A stretch of DNA of 64,000 nt from Utricularia gibba (lineage: Eukaryota > Plantae > Magnoliophyta). Every line of letters starts with the position of its first letter. Position 1 is the stretch's first letter. Positions 22,377 to 35,205 of this stretch are shown here, piece after piece. Made by a program: the position numbers and the translations under genes. The stretch lies in assembly GCA_002189035.1 (NCBI GenBank), contig NEEC01000008.1, positions 2,170,001-2,234,000 on the forward strand, read 5' to 3'. The notes beneath the pieces were generated by a model. It was not told the DNA's origin and did not search any database. It saw only the letters and a list, made by a program, of their open reading frames with translations.

Positions 22377-25300
22377 CTATGTGCTCAAAGCCACCTTCCG
22401 TATCAGATCCAGGAGGTCACGTACAACATCAGACATGAGTGGTCTGAATTCCGGCTCATTCTGCAACAGAAAAACAGATCCCTGTATTGTGTTTGAAGAC
22501 AGAATGTGTTGCTACTTTGATCGTGCAAGAAGAACACTAACCAGAACACAGCGTGAAATGATATCAACGAAGTGGGACAAGGATTTCCCCGAGCATTCTC
22601 CAACAAGCGCAGGATCAATCATTTTTGACAAGGCATCGATGTCGTGGAGTTGTGGGATAGCCCATCTCACCAGATACTGCTCTCCCCGGGGTCTACTCCT
22701 GTGAAGAGTATGTAACACACATGATGAAGACTACAGGGAAACCAGAGCAAGCCGGTGGTGTTATGTTTCTTTACCGGTCGTATGGCATTCTTCCTGTTAG
22801 AAGCTCAAGCATCACCACCCCAAAACTGTAAACATCGCTTTTGGTGGTGTATATCCCTGACTCGAATTCCGGTGCACCGTAGCTGTAAGTGGTGAGAAGC
22901 TGTTCTGACAACTAAATCATCAAGGTAAACAATTAGCATCTGCATAAAGCTTTAGGCAGGATTAGAGATTATAAAGATGACCACCTGGCTTACATCTACT
23001 GACTGCATCAATGGAGCCAACCCACAGTCAGAAACAAGAACAGAAACATCTTCATCAAGTAGAATGTTTGCAGACTTGAAATTTCTATGAATAATGGGTG
23101 GTTCGCAGACCTCATGCATGTACCTTACACCAAAGTTTTGTCAATCCAGCAGAACTCATGAGTCCAAAAAGCTGAATAAAAGCATGGTAGCTAAACTAAG
23201 TTGCGTCAGTGAACTTACTCCAGTGCCCTGACAGCCCCAAGAGCAATTCTGATGCGCATATTCCATGTCAAGTTCTTCTTGAATTCATCATCCGAGTGGA
23301 GAGCATCATACAGAGTTCCATTGACACAAAATTTGTAAATGAGAAGCCTTTGGGAATGCTCTGAGCAATACCCCATCAGGTCAACCACATTCGCATGCCG
23401 AATTTTATCAAGGCTATTGATCAGGTCAATAAACTGGTCATCCTTCAACTGGTTTGCTACTTTTGGGTCCAGTTTCTTCAATGCAACCAACTGCAAAATG
23501 CATGAAAATGAATTTCCAAAATGATTTTTCACATTCCGCAGAACACAGATATGAAGTAGAAATCATACCCTTCCATCTGGTAGTTGTGCCTTGTAAACAG
23601 CCCCAAGCATACCACTTGCAACAAAGTTTTCCCTTGAAAAGCTATCAGTGTACTGCTGAAGAGATGCTATTGTATACGCCCTTACTGAAGTTCTTGACTC
23701 TGTAGAAGGCCTGATGGAGGCTCCTTGTGGAGGTGAAATTGGATGTACAGTAACTTTATCAGGAAGTATAGGGGGAGTTGGCGGAGGTGGAGGAGGCGGC
23801 AATATATCCATCTCAAAGCTACTAGTATCAGTCACATACTCATTTAGCTTAGAAGCTCTCATATTTTGTGTGCTCACATCTTCATTTCGCAGCTTAGGTA
23901 TCAAACCCATTGATCTATGATGATCCAGAGGTTTTACCAAAACAGCAGGTGCAGTAGAAGCTGTTACATGGAGTTCACGAGCCCGTCAGGAAAAGGAAAT
24001 CATCAAACATAATGAATGCATGAAAGCAAGCAACCATCAATTGCTCATACAAATGATTACCTTTCTGTTCTCCGTGGCTTGGTAAAGTAACTGAACCAGC
24101 ATCTCTAAGATTCTCTCTGGTGCCAGTTTCAGGAGCAATCTCATATCTTTTTGGGGTCCTATGCGATTCACTCCCTCTACTCTCCCTAAGGCATCTCGGC
24201 AAGAGAAGCAGGATTACCAACAGCAATACGACGAAAGACAATGCTACTGCAATGGATATGACTACAACTCTTCTCGTGTTGGAGGAGGTTCTTGAAGTAC
24301 TTGAATTTGAGTGAACTTTTGTAGATGGTCCTTCAGCATGGGTCGGTGGTGGCGCTCGCCCTGAGGTCGGTCCAGGGAAAAATGGCACTCCTGGAGGCGG
24401 TTTTTCAACAGAAGGAGGCTGAGCTACTGGAACGAAACTGCTGGAGTTAAACGGATTCCCTTCTTTCCTGCACTCAAAAAATATTCAAACATCATGTCAG
24501 CACACAAGCAAAAAAAAGATCAGGCAACTGCTCAACATCCACAAGGTACAAAGCAGGGGTTACCGGAAATTAGGTATGTTCAGTAGCTGTGAAGGTATTG
24601 GCCCCGAAAAAAGATTGTTCTCTATGTTTCTACCATTCAGAGAAAAAGAAAGATGACTTGCCAAGCTTATGGAAGACATGAACAGATACACAGCACGTAT
24701 GAGAAATATTACAAATCCTTCAGTGGAAGATCCTGCAAAACGTCAAGAGTTCCAGAGAGCTGATTATTCTGCAAATGACTGCCAATGAGACTGTGAGTTA
24801 CTTCATGCAAATAAAAAGAGCAATTATCACAATATCCTATTTACTCACAGGGTTGTAAGGGATGACAGATTCTGCATTGAAGGGGGTAACTGTCCACTAA
24901 AATTATTGCTTGATAAATCACTGTATAAATAAGAGTTGAAGCTGCTCATAACCATCTGTGCTTTTAATGCTAAAAAATATGCAAAAATCAGACACGTACA
25001 AATTAGTCAAAACTGAAAGGTGTGTGAAAGAATCAGGAATTTCTCCAGATAATTCGTTGTCGTTGAGGGACCTGATCAAGTTCATTCTGTTAAAAAAGGG
25101 TAGAACAGACAAGCATGAAAAAAAAAGAATAGTGTGGTACTTACATCGCTGACAACTGAGTCAGAGAAGATAAACTACTTGGTATAGTTCCAGTAAGCTT
25201 GTTGTCTGAGAGAAAGCTGTGAAAAAAGCAGAGAGTGCGTCAAATTCCTAATTGACACAGATCATTTCCATTTCTTCCTTGAATGATGTTCAAACCTACA

Positions 25301-26019
25301 AGTTCATCAATGTGGGTGGTAAGCTGGAAGGAATGCTGCCTCGAATAAGGTTGTTGCTTAGAGTTCTGCAATAGAATAATCCCGTCACCCAGAAGAAATG
25401 CAGAAAAGGGACATTGTTATACTGATACTCACATGTCTCTGATAGAAGAGAAGTCACCAAGACCATCACCAAGCTCTCCAGCCAAATTGGCCCCAATGAT
25501 TTTTCTGAAAAACAATACCATACAAGTATTCAGTCGGAATTCGATAATCCAGAAGAGTGAGCTTCAGGAGAAGGTCCATACATGGAGGTTATGTTAGGTC
25601 CACCCTGACAGTCAACTCCTTGCCACTTTTCACCACAAGGATCTCCACCACTGGAGATCCATCCTGGAAGTGAGGGTGATCCCAATGCAATGTGTAAGGT
25701 ATTGATGGCAGCAACTGAAACAAATCAAACGAATCAGCATTCCATAAGACAGTGAAGCAAGAACAATGAGTTATCGACATCCAGAAGAAACGAGATGGTT
25801 AGCATCTTGACGAAAAGTGATACCATCTCTGCCGTGAGAACCACAAAATACAGTCACTGCAATTTCGAAAGAAGCACAAGAGTTTCATTTATGGGGCTCA
25901 CCGTCACTGGGATTGGTAAACCCATGTGACAAGCTGATGAAAAATAGGAAAGAAAATCCAAGCAGAATCTCCCAATCAGAACAATTCCCAGTAGATCTGT
26001 TCCCTGACATTGGCAGCAT
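22377..26019 (-). CDS. SRF3: STRUBBELIG-RECEPTOR FAMILY LRR receptor-like kinase (SRF1/SRF3 clade)
   Basis: Signal peptide ending HGFTNPSD, many short LRR exons ([28 protein letters not shown]), a TM helix, a Pro-rich juxtamembrane region and [16 protein letters not shown]. The kinase has [23 protein letters not shown] and [20 protein letters not shown], with a last exon [12 protein letters not shown]. The start could be 26019 or 26010. Confidence 0.92.
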
Positions 26020-27826
26020 AAAACACCAGTTTTTTCTTCAATCTGCTCTGCCTCCAGATAGAAACTATTTAATCAATTCAAAAAACACCGCCCAGCCTGA
26101 GAAAAACAAACATCAATTGAGGAAAGATGAGAATTAAAGGCATGAATTAGACTGGTCCCGGATAAAAGCATTTAAAGTTACCAAGAAAGTGAAAATCAAA
26201 CCCAGCCACCCACAACCACCAATGAAGCAGACCCAAAAACACAACTTAAATGAACTCCAACGGCTCTCCGGGAAAATTAAAAAAGGGGCGAACAGAAAGC
26301 AAAAAAGGACCGTTTGAAGATTCTCAGGTATCCAGACGCATCATAACAACAAAGTTTTCAAGACCCGATTTTGCGTTCGTGTCAGAACTCCGTTTAGCAG
26401 CAAGACACTCGAACATAGAAGCAAGCTCGAGAAACCCGCTAATGAACAAACGTATGCTACTGTAGCCATGAAATTCAGTGCGCATTCGGCATGAAGAAAG
26501 AAAGACGTGCAAGGCTAATCAAAGTAAATAAGGGATCATCCAAAACAAGGAGGAAAAAAGCCGAACCCGAAACTTCCACCGAGATGGTGCGGGAGCGCAG
26601 AAGAGTAAACAGAACCAAAAATATGGAATGAGATGGAGAGAGAGAGGGAGACAGAAGAGACGGAGAGAGAGGGTCCCCTGAGTTTCTGTAGAAAACTTGC
26701 CGAAAAAGCGAGATGGGCATGGGAAGTGGAGGCGATGATGACGTAGCTATTTTCCTATCTGGCGACGCAAAAAAACTTGATCCTTATCCTCACGCGCCTC
26801 TAGCGCGTGATTCCAGACAGGTGTATGCTTTAGGCGCGCACCAACATTTATTAATAAATATTTATAATTTGTAGCACATTGAATAATATTTAACAACTAT
26901 TCAAACATCCCAATTTAAAATTCACTATAATCCAGAAAATAAATTTAATAGAGGCTTGTCAGTTGTCATGAGTCCAAGTATCCAATAGGATCCCTTTTCC
27001 CAAAAGGGTTGGTGATTTTTGGAAAGTTTACTTTTTGACTTTCAACTTCAAAGCAAAGTTAGTAAATTTGAACATATAGATTAATCATATAATGAAGTTA
27101 CTATATTTAAATTTTGACTATCCTAATACTTAATGACTATTTAGTAAAATCAAAAATTAATATTTTATGATTAAATTTAAATAATATTAATTTTTTAATT
27201 ATAGATTAATTAGAAAAATTATATTATTTATTTATATTTATTTTAAAATATACTTATAATATAATATTAAATTCTATAATAATTTAATACATTAAAATTT
27301 ATAATTTATTTTTTTATTTTTTATTATAATTTTATATTATCCTAAATTTTTGTTTACAATTTTAAAATTGATTTTATTCATATAAGATCACATTTGATTC
27401 CATTTTACATAATCTAAAATAAACTTTTGAATTACAGAAAAAATCTATAATTTTCATAAAATTGTAAAACAAAATGATTACAATCGAAATTTAAAATTTT
27501 TAGGAGTTTTGGACTCTTGACCTTTTAAAATGTTAATAGTTCAATACTCTGTATGCAATTTTTGTGTGATTTTATCAATTATTTATGTAAATTAAGTATG
27601 CTGTGATCATGTTTTAAAATGAATTAACTTGTGGATTTTAAAACATAGTTCAGAGCTTTCATTATATGATAGACGGGCCTGCGAATATCTGGATTATTGG
27701 GCTATAGGCCCATGATGGAGAGTTGGGCTGGCTTGTCATCCGGTGGGTCGAATTTATTTAATTAAAAATAATACTAAAAAGCGATACCGATATATATCGG
27801 TGGGAGGAAAATGGTGGAGCTTGGGA

Positions 27827-29328
27827 ATGGCTTCCATCGTCGCACGATCGCGGGAGGCCAAAGCTTCTCTTCATCATCTATTTCGTGTCGGGCGGCTGTT
27901 CTCTACCGCGTCGACGAATCAGGAGCCCGGGAGTTATCCGGCAACACTGGATGGCCTGCGACGGCGTCTGGCAGATGAATCGCTTTCGCTCTCTGACTTC
28001 GTGAAGCTTCAATCGGAGCAGAGCTACTCTGTTGAGGTTGGGACGAAGAAGAATCCATTGCCGAAGCCGAAATGGATGAAGGCGTCTATCCCTGGTGGAG
28101 ATAAGTATGTCCAGATTAGTAAAAAGTTGAGGGAACTGAAATTGCATACTGTGTGTGAGGAGGCTAAGTGCCCTAATTTGGGGGAGTGTTGGTCGGGAGG
28201 CGAGACGGGAACCGCTACTGCTACGATTATGATTCTAGGCGATACTTGTACTCGTGGTTGCAGGTGAGGGATGAATCTCCTTCCCCCTTTGGTTTATCCA
28301 TGCAATTGTTGAATGAAAGAAGGTCTTTTCGCAGATTCATCTCTTTCCGATTCTCGATTTTTACGCATTGGCTGCAGTGATTAGTGAAAAACTCATGCAA
28401 TGTACAAGCTTTGTTTGTTTTCCCCCATTTTCTTAATCCAAATCTTTTGCAGGTTTTGCAATGTAAAGACATCACGTACTCCACCTCCGCCTGACCCCAA
28501 CGAACCTACAAACGTTGCGGAGGCAATAGCATCGTGGGGCTTGGATTACGTTGTTATCACCAGCGTTGACCGAGATGATTTGCCTGATCAAGGAAGTGGC
28601 CATTTCGCTGAAACTGTACAGAACCTGAAGAAGCTGAAGCCTAATATGCTTGTAGAAGCTTTGGGTATATATAAAGTTCTCCATTACCCTCATTTCTCTT
28701 AGATGACTTATTTCTTGGTGATATTTGCAACGCGTTGCTGGAATTTGCAGTTCCTGACTTCAGAGGAGACGCTGCCTGTGTGGAGAGAGTGGCGAAATCT
28801 GGACTAGATGTTTTTGCTCACAATATTGAGACAGTGGAAGAGCTTCAGAGTTTTGTCCGTGATCATCGTGCAACCTTCAAGCAATCCCTAGAAGTTCTCA
28901 CGAGAGCAAAAGAAAACGCCCCACCAGGCACACTCACCAAAACATCGATAATGCTGGGCTGTGGAGAAACACCCGAGCAAGTTGTGAAAACCATGGAGAA
29001 GGTGAGGTCTTCCGGAGTCGATGTCATGACATTTGGACAGTACCTCCGACCATCCAAACGCCATATGCCTGTTTCTGAATACATCACACCGGAAGCATTT
29101 GACAAGTATCGGATTCTCGGGATGGAAATGGTTTGTCCCAATCGTTTTCTTCTCATGAACTGAGTTGGATGGATGCGTTTTGTTGGTGAAGCTTTATGCT
29201 TTTTCCCATGGCTGCAGGGCTTCCGGTACGTGGCATCGGGGCCAATGGTGAGATCTTCATACAAGGCTGGAGAATTTTATATAAAGTCGATGATAGAATC
29301 CGACAGGGCTGCTGCTACTCGGTCCTAA
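27827..29328 (+). CDS. LIP1: Lipoyl synthase, mitochondrial (radical SAM)
   Basis: Exons 27827-28263, 28453-28664, 28751-29130 and 29218-29328. Contains the [12 protein letters not shown] and CTRGCRFC Fe-S motifs and the C-terminal [14 protein letters not shown]. Confidence 0.97.
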
Positions 29329-29619
29329 GACCCCTAGCCAGCCATGGATGTTCTCTAGTCCCAACAAGCAGCAAAACTGCCTCATTTTTTACTGCAGTCT
29401 ATTTGTATCGCTTCTTTCTTTCTCCAGGATATAAGACAACGATATAAAGACACCACTCCTCTCCGTATCTCTCCAAAAAAAGTGGGTAAACCAGCTCCCA
29501 CACTCAACAATGGAATTCAAATCGACATCAGAAGAATGAATGTTCAGAGTACTTAATACATCAGAGAGGATGATGGCATGGAGGAGGAAGAGAAGGGATA
29601 GCACAATATGCATTGTTTG

Positions 29620-30525
29620 TCATGGTGGTGGCGCAGGTTGTGCGATGTGTGTTGGAAAGGCCTCTCCGGGCATCAACACCGATACTCCCAAGGATTAGCC
29701 TCTGCCTGCACATTTCAGTCACATCAGACACTGCTTCATCATCTCATCAAACCTTCTTTAATGCAAATTGCATGATCCATGGCCCAGGAATCAGCTCAAA
29801 CCTGGCCATATGATCGACTCCAACCACACAGAAAAATGGAAATAGACATCACATGGTTCTGGTGACACAGATGGGTCGAGGGATCTGATAAATGAACATG
29901 TGACCAATGAGTATCTGTAGCAGGAACTGGTCAGCAAGATGAAGCAGGGTTCAGTGGGGTTTACAGCAGTAACTTGTAAAAGATGATTAGATGACCAGAT
30001 ATTTGAAAAGCAAGAAGAACACCATCATTTGCTGTCATTGAAGAAGAGAGAATGATAACACGATATTATTCTTTTTCTCAGGTGGGCCAATGCGCCAGAA
30101 AAGTGATCAGCCATGTGAAAAAAACAAAGCGTATGGACGGACTTATCAGATTGTGGCTCTGTTGAAAGCAGAGGATGTGATGTGAATGACTAAAAACCAC
30201 CATAATCACTGAAACATGCACACAGGTTTGGAGCATTTGGATCAGGTACCTTGGGAGGAGATTGTTCCAGTTTGGGAACACTGGTTCCAATTGAGCTGCG
30301 GCCGTCTTCTTGGGGTTGAGTCAATGTTCTTGGGCGAATGAACCTTTCGAAGATGGCCATGACGACAAACATGGAGATGAGAATTGCAGTGGCCACGAAC
30401 CCAAACGACACCGCTTCAGCAGAGTTGTAGGAATTCCGCCATTGCTCACCTCTGCCCACCTCCCTATCTACCGCCGCCTCCGGCCCCGGCGCCGCCGCAA
30501 AACCGCTCCCTGAACCTCTCACCAT
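29620..30525 (-). CDS. Uncharacterised single-pass membrane protein (AVSFGFVATAILISMF family), one frameshift as assembled
   Basis: Exon 1 (30525-30250) has AVSFGFVATAILISMFVVMAIFERFIRP. Exon 2 starts at 29705 and gives the family motif GVSVLMPGEAFPTHIAQPAP only if one G is restored at the run 29687-29689. Confidence 0.75.
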
Positions 30526-31880
30526 TCTCCACAAATTAAATACTCCGACCACTCTCAAGTCGGTTGTATTTTCAATATGGGTTTCTGTACAAGGACATGA
30601 CACAGAGAGAAAAGGTGAGTTCAAGTTTTCAGTTCGGCTCAAGGGGTTTGTTTGTTTAGCTGGTGGAGGCACCAAACTGACTGTAAATAAATAGATGCTG
30701 TAGGAGTTCAGTTCAGGGCTGTGCTGTGCAGTGCAGTGGGCTTGGAATGAAAAACTGAGAAGAGCAGAGCAGTTTCAATTCCCGAGGCAGAGACTCCCTC
30801 TAACTCACTCAATAAAAGGCTCTCGGGTTTATCAATGAAACTCTCACTCATTCCTTTAAAAAGCCAGAACTCAGGGCCTTTCCCTTCTTCCCACCATCAT
30901 ATAATCCAAGGATCTCACTGTTGGATAACCCTTTTCTTTTTGAACAGCAGACTTTTGCTTGCACATTCCTATTACATACATAAGGCTGATGATAACACTG
31001 TCTCAAGGCAAGATTCATGCCCAAACTGTAGCCTTGGACTTGTGAGCACAACCATGCCTAGTGGTGATTGAATTCATCCCTCCACAGACGTGTCCGAGTG
31101 TTAATTCAATGCCCTCAATATCAGTATAAACCACCCCACTTTGTTCTGATCAGTGTTACTACAACACACATTTTTCAGACTAACCATGATGAGGGTTCAG
31201 AGAAACTGAGCTTAGGAACAGAGTGGTAAGAAATGTTTTCTCCCTAAAGATCATCTCTGTCGCTGCATATTCCCTGGTTTGGTGAATGCAGTCAATTTAG
31301 CCCCACAGGTCACAACTCAATGGGGGACGCCGGTCTATTAATGTTTTTGGGATCATTCATAATTCACTGACAGTTGAGTCCCCTCCACTACCAAGTCTTT
31401 ATTGGAGAATTCCCCCCTCCTTTCGCTTTTCCCAATTGGTGTTCATTGCTTTTTCACTGCATAAACCCCATCTGGCTTTTACTGGGAGTGATTTAAGGCC
31501 ACTAATTAATTCCATCATCAACTAACCACATAATGAATAGCATCCAGCACCTCGCCACCACTGAGTTTAGGCCCAAAAAGGTTATATCCGTACAACAGGC
31601 GTCAGTTAATGACTCTAGTACAATGCGCACCGGCGTACTTTATAGAAAACCCATGTACATGATCATATTAGGGTTTGATCATTCGGTTTTCATTTGATTT
31701 CTTGAGGTGGGATTCTTGATTATGATGTGGAGGTGGTGAATGTAGTGGAAGAATCATCCGTCTAACAAAAGCAAAAACACACAAGCGAAGTACGCCTTCG
31801 AGTACAACTTATTCGCTACACAAAATGATCATCGCCCCCTGCAGCAACATCTGAGATGAAAATGAAAGCCGAACTCGAGC

Positions 31881-32257
31881 TCAAGGGGTCGGTTGCGCGG
31901 GCGTGGCACCGGTGCCGGCGGCACCCCCACCCCCACCCGCGCCAGGGAAGATGGGGATCTCGAACCCCGGGTTCGGAATGATGTTGTTGTCCAATCCAGG
32001 GATATACCTCCGGGGAGTGGTGACTCCCCCGATGACCGGAACTTGGACCCGCCCGGGGCGCCGGTGATGGGGTTAGCATGAAAGGGGTGAACGCCCCATT
32101 TGGGAGGCACGAAGCGGCCGATGCCCGGAATCCAGAACGTCCCGTCGAAATGTCCGAATGTCTGCGGCTGTCTGGGGGCCTCTCGAGCCGAAACCGAAAC
32201 GACAAAGCATGCAACAGCGGCGACCAGGAGAAGCATGGGAGATGAAGAAGTGGCCAT
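31881..32257 (-). CDS. Small secreted putative cell wall protein (IPGIGR...YIPG...PNPGFEIP family), one frameshift as assembled
   Basis: Signal peptide and FWIPGIGRF are in one frame, and RYIPGLDNNIIPNPGFEIP...TP-stop (TGA 31883-31881) is in another. Restoring one G at the run 32048-32050 joins them. Confidence 0.8.
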
Positions 32258-32737
32258 CGGTGAAGCAGGAGACGATGGTGGGAAGTTGGGTGGTATTTGG
32301 AGGGCTTTTTAAGGTTTGATTCGTCGCTTCTGCTTTGGCGGTGGGTTGAATGCGGATGGGGTAGAATGCATCTGACCAAATGCGGATGGCCAGTAAATGC
32401 TCCCTTTCTTCCCCTCCATCCTCATACATTCTTCCCCTCCCGCCACCCACACACTACACCCGCGGCCGCCTACTCCTAAACAATACCAACATTTTTTTTC
32501 TGAAAATTTAAGATAAGAATATTTGTGAGAGTTAATGAATACTACAATTGAATTCTTCTTATCCTTAGAATTAGTTTGATATTAGCATAGGTATATATTC
32601 AATTATATAACGTTTGATATTAAATGATATAAATTTAAATATATTAATAATATATATAATTAATATTTATTCTATTTATATATATCACCCACATGCTTAA
32701 AAAATTAGTATATAAATAATATAGTCATACAAATTTA

Positions 32738-32772
32738 ATATATATATATACAATATATATATATATATATAT
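32738..32772. repeat. Interrupted (TA)n microsatellite
   Basis: Alternating TA run with one CA interruption, in AT-rich intergenic DNA. Confidence 0.8.
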
Positions 32773-34677
32773 TAGTCAATCAAATAACAATTTATATGTA
32801 AATGAGTATAAATTTCTATATTATACTATCAAACAACTCCTTACAAAGATGAACTATTGTCTATGGTAATTTTTTATAATTAAAAATAAAAAATTAAAAA
32901 AAGACTGATTCAATCAAAATTTGAACTATAGGATCGAACTATGTTAACCTTGAATAAATCATGCAAATCGATCATGATTTTTAACAGTATATTCATAAAA
33001 TGTATATTTTAAATTTTAACTGCATGATGCATGTTTATTGAAATATAAATAATCTAAATACATTATTAATTAAACTACACTATCAAACATCTTCTAAATT
33101 ATTACGAAATGATACCTCATTTTCATGAATTTTATAATTATAGGAGCTCACATGCCATGAGACCGTGACATGAAGCTCCAACTCTCCCATTAAAAAAATA
33201 TGATAAAAGAAATATAATTTGATAGTTCCAAAATTAATACCGTATTTTTTTATGTAAAAGTAAAATGAATAAATGATTTCACTGTTGAGAGTGACGTCAT
33301 CAGAATGTGGGCGGCTGCTGGTAAATTCGCGCATCTAGACCCCTACAGACATGTGCCAGGCCGCTTTCTACCTTGGAGTCTTTTTTGTCCTCGGTTAAAA
33401 TAATAATAAAATAACAAATATACAGCTGTAGTTATATTTTTAAAAAAATAAAATTGTTTTCTTCCATGGGGACCCTCGTCCCTAGATCTACCCCCATAAT
33501 CAAAGAGAACTCACCAATGAGGTAAATTTCCTTTTTTGTTGAAATTAAAAAAAATTAAAATCATAAAAATTAATTATGAAATACAATGGATATGATTTAG
33601 GGTTCAGGGGCTGATTCCATTTCTCATATCATGCACCTAAAGTGAAAAAACTGTGAGAAAATATGGGAGTGAGGTCGGGGTATTCTGGTCATTATTCACA
33701 TAAAATCAATGCTTCCCCTTGACATTACAGAACCAAAAAGAATAAAAATAAAAATGAAAATAAAAAAGCATTTGTTGGTAGTGAGTAAATGTGAGAAGAA
33801 ATTCCTTGCATTGTGTTGGGGTGGCGCGTGGGGAGGTGGTGCTGTGGTGGGCCCCACTTTGTCATTCTGAGGTACTGTAGGGATTCATGGATGGTACCTC
33901 ATACTATATTTTTTTATCTTCAATATTTTATTATGTTATTTGTTATTGGTGAATAAAGTTCATATTTAAAACATTATTCTTCTTCTCAAATGTGTATATA
34001 TTAATAGCTTTTATAATTATAATAGTATTAACAACATACTTATTTTTATAATAAATATACTATATTTTATAATTTGTCGCTATACAAAACATTTCCTGAT
34101 AACAACGGTCAAGATTGGATTAGGAATTGACCAGATGGAAGTAGTTGGTCGATTACATGGCTATCAGCTTTGATAGGGCGGTTCCTTCCTGGCCCCACTA
34201 ACTGAATGCGAGACACTACGGAGGCGGACCGGACCGGACCCGGCCGGACCACCCATTTGTCAAAATGACCCTCTTTCGGATCGTTTTCCCTGCGGAAATA
34301 GCCTTTGGGTAAAAATTAATTATATGAAAAATAAAGAATTTTTTCAAATTTCAAAATTCGAAATTCGGGGTTATAATTAAAAAAATCCGAGAAAATGTGA
34401 TTTTTTAAGGTGGGCTGGGCTTAAAGGAAATAGGCGGTAGACGGAAGGCCCTTCGGGCTTGGAGTTGAGTGGGAGGGGCTGGGCCCAAACACGAATTTTG
34501 GAATTTGTTTATTTATTTATTTGAAGGTTATTGACTATTTTTGGCGTCACCCATGGCACACGTTGATCTGTCTAGCGCCACACGATGAGGATAAGGAGAT
34601 AAGGCCACGTGGCACCAGTCGGAAGTCTTATCTCCCCCGAACGAACGCTACTGAGCTACTCGCTGTTTTTCTCCGCC

Positions 34678-35205
34678 ATGGCTTCCCCTACTCTGGTCAC
34701 CCCAACCTCCGCGGCCACCAAGAAGCCAACTCCGATTCTGAAGAAAGTGTACGCGGCCACCGCCGTACTCCCCAATGCAGCCCAGCCCAAAGCTGCCGCC
34801 GTCGCCACACCCCTCCGCCGCAAATTCCTCCTCTTGTCTGCCGCTGCCGCTGCCATTCTTGTCCCGATTACTCCGGCGTCGGCGGAATCGGATGAGGAGT
34901 ACATCAAGGAGACGTCGGAGGTGATCAACGCGGTGAGGACCACCTTCACCCTCGACAAAAACGACCCCTCTGTCGCCGACGCGGTGTCGCACCTCCGCGA
35001 GGTGTCCAATTCGTGGGTGGCCAAGTACCGGAGGGAGAAGTCTCTCCTGAGCCGCACCTCCTTCCGCGACATGTATTCCGCACTCAACGCCGTGTCCGGA
35101 CACTACATTAGCTTCGGGCCCACGGCTCCCATTCCGGCGAAGCGAAAGCAGCGAATCCTGGAGGAGATGGACACGGCCGAGAAAGCTCTGCAACGTGGCA
35201 GATAG
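34678..35205 (+). CDS. PSB27: Photosystem II repair/assembly protein Psb27 (thylakoid lumen)
   Basis: Bipartite transit peptide with twin-Arg (LRRKFLL) and an AxA site (ASA-ES). The mature domain has SNSWVAKYRREK, SFRDMYSALNAVSGHYISFGP and KRKQRILEEM; intronless. Confidence 0.95.
   Translation: MASPTLVTPTSAATKKPTPILKKVYAATAVLPNAAQPKAAAVATPLRRKFLLLSAAAAAILVPITPASAESDEEYIKETSEVINAVRTTFTLDKNDPSVADAVSHLREVSNSWVAKYRREKSLLSRTSFRDMYSALNAVSGHYISFGPTAPIPAKRKQRILEEMDTAEKALQRGR

Noticed and set aside
31186-31370. Perfect C box ATGATGA with downstream CTGA motifs
   Set aside because: The nearest CTGA is too close and the next too far. A 10-nt 18S match is not adjacent to a D box, and there is no convincing stem.
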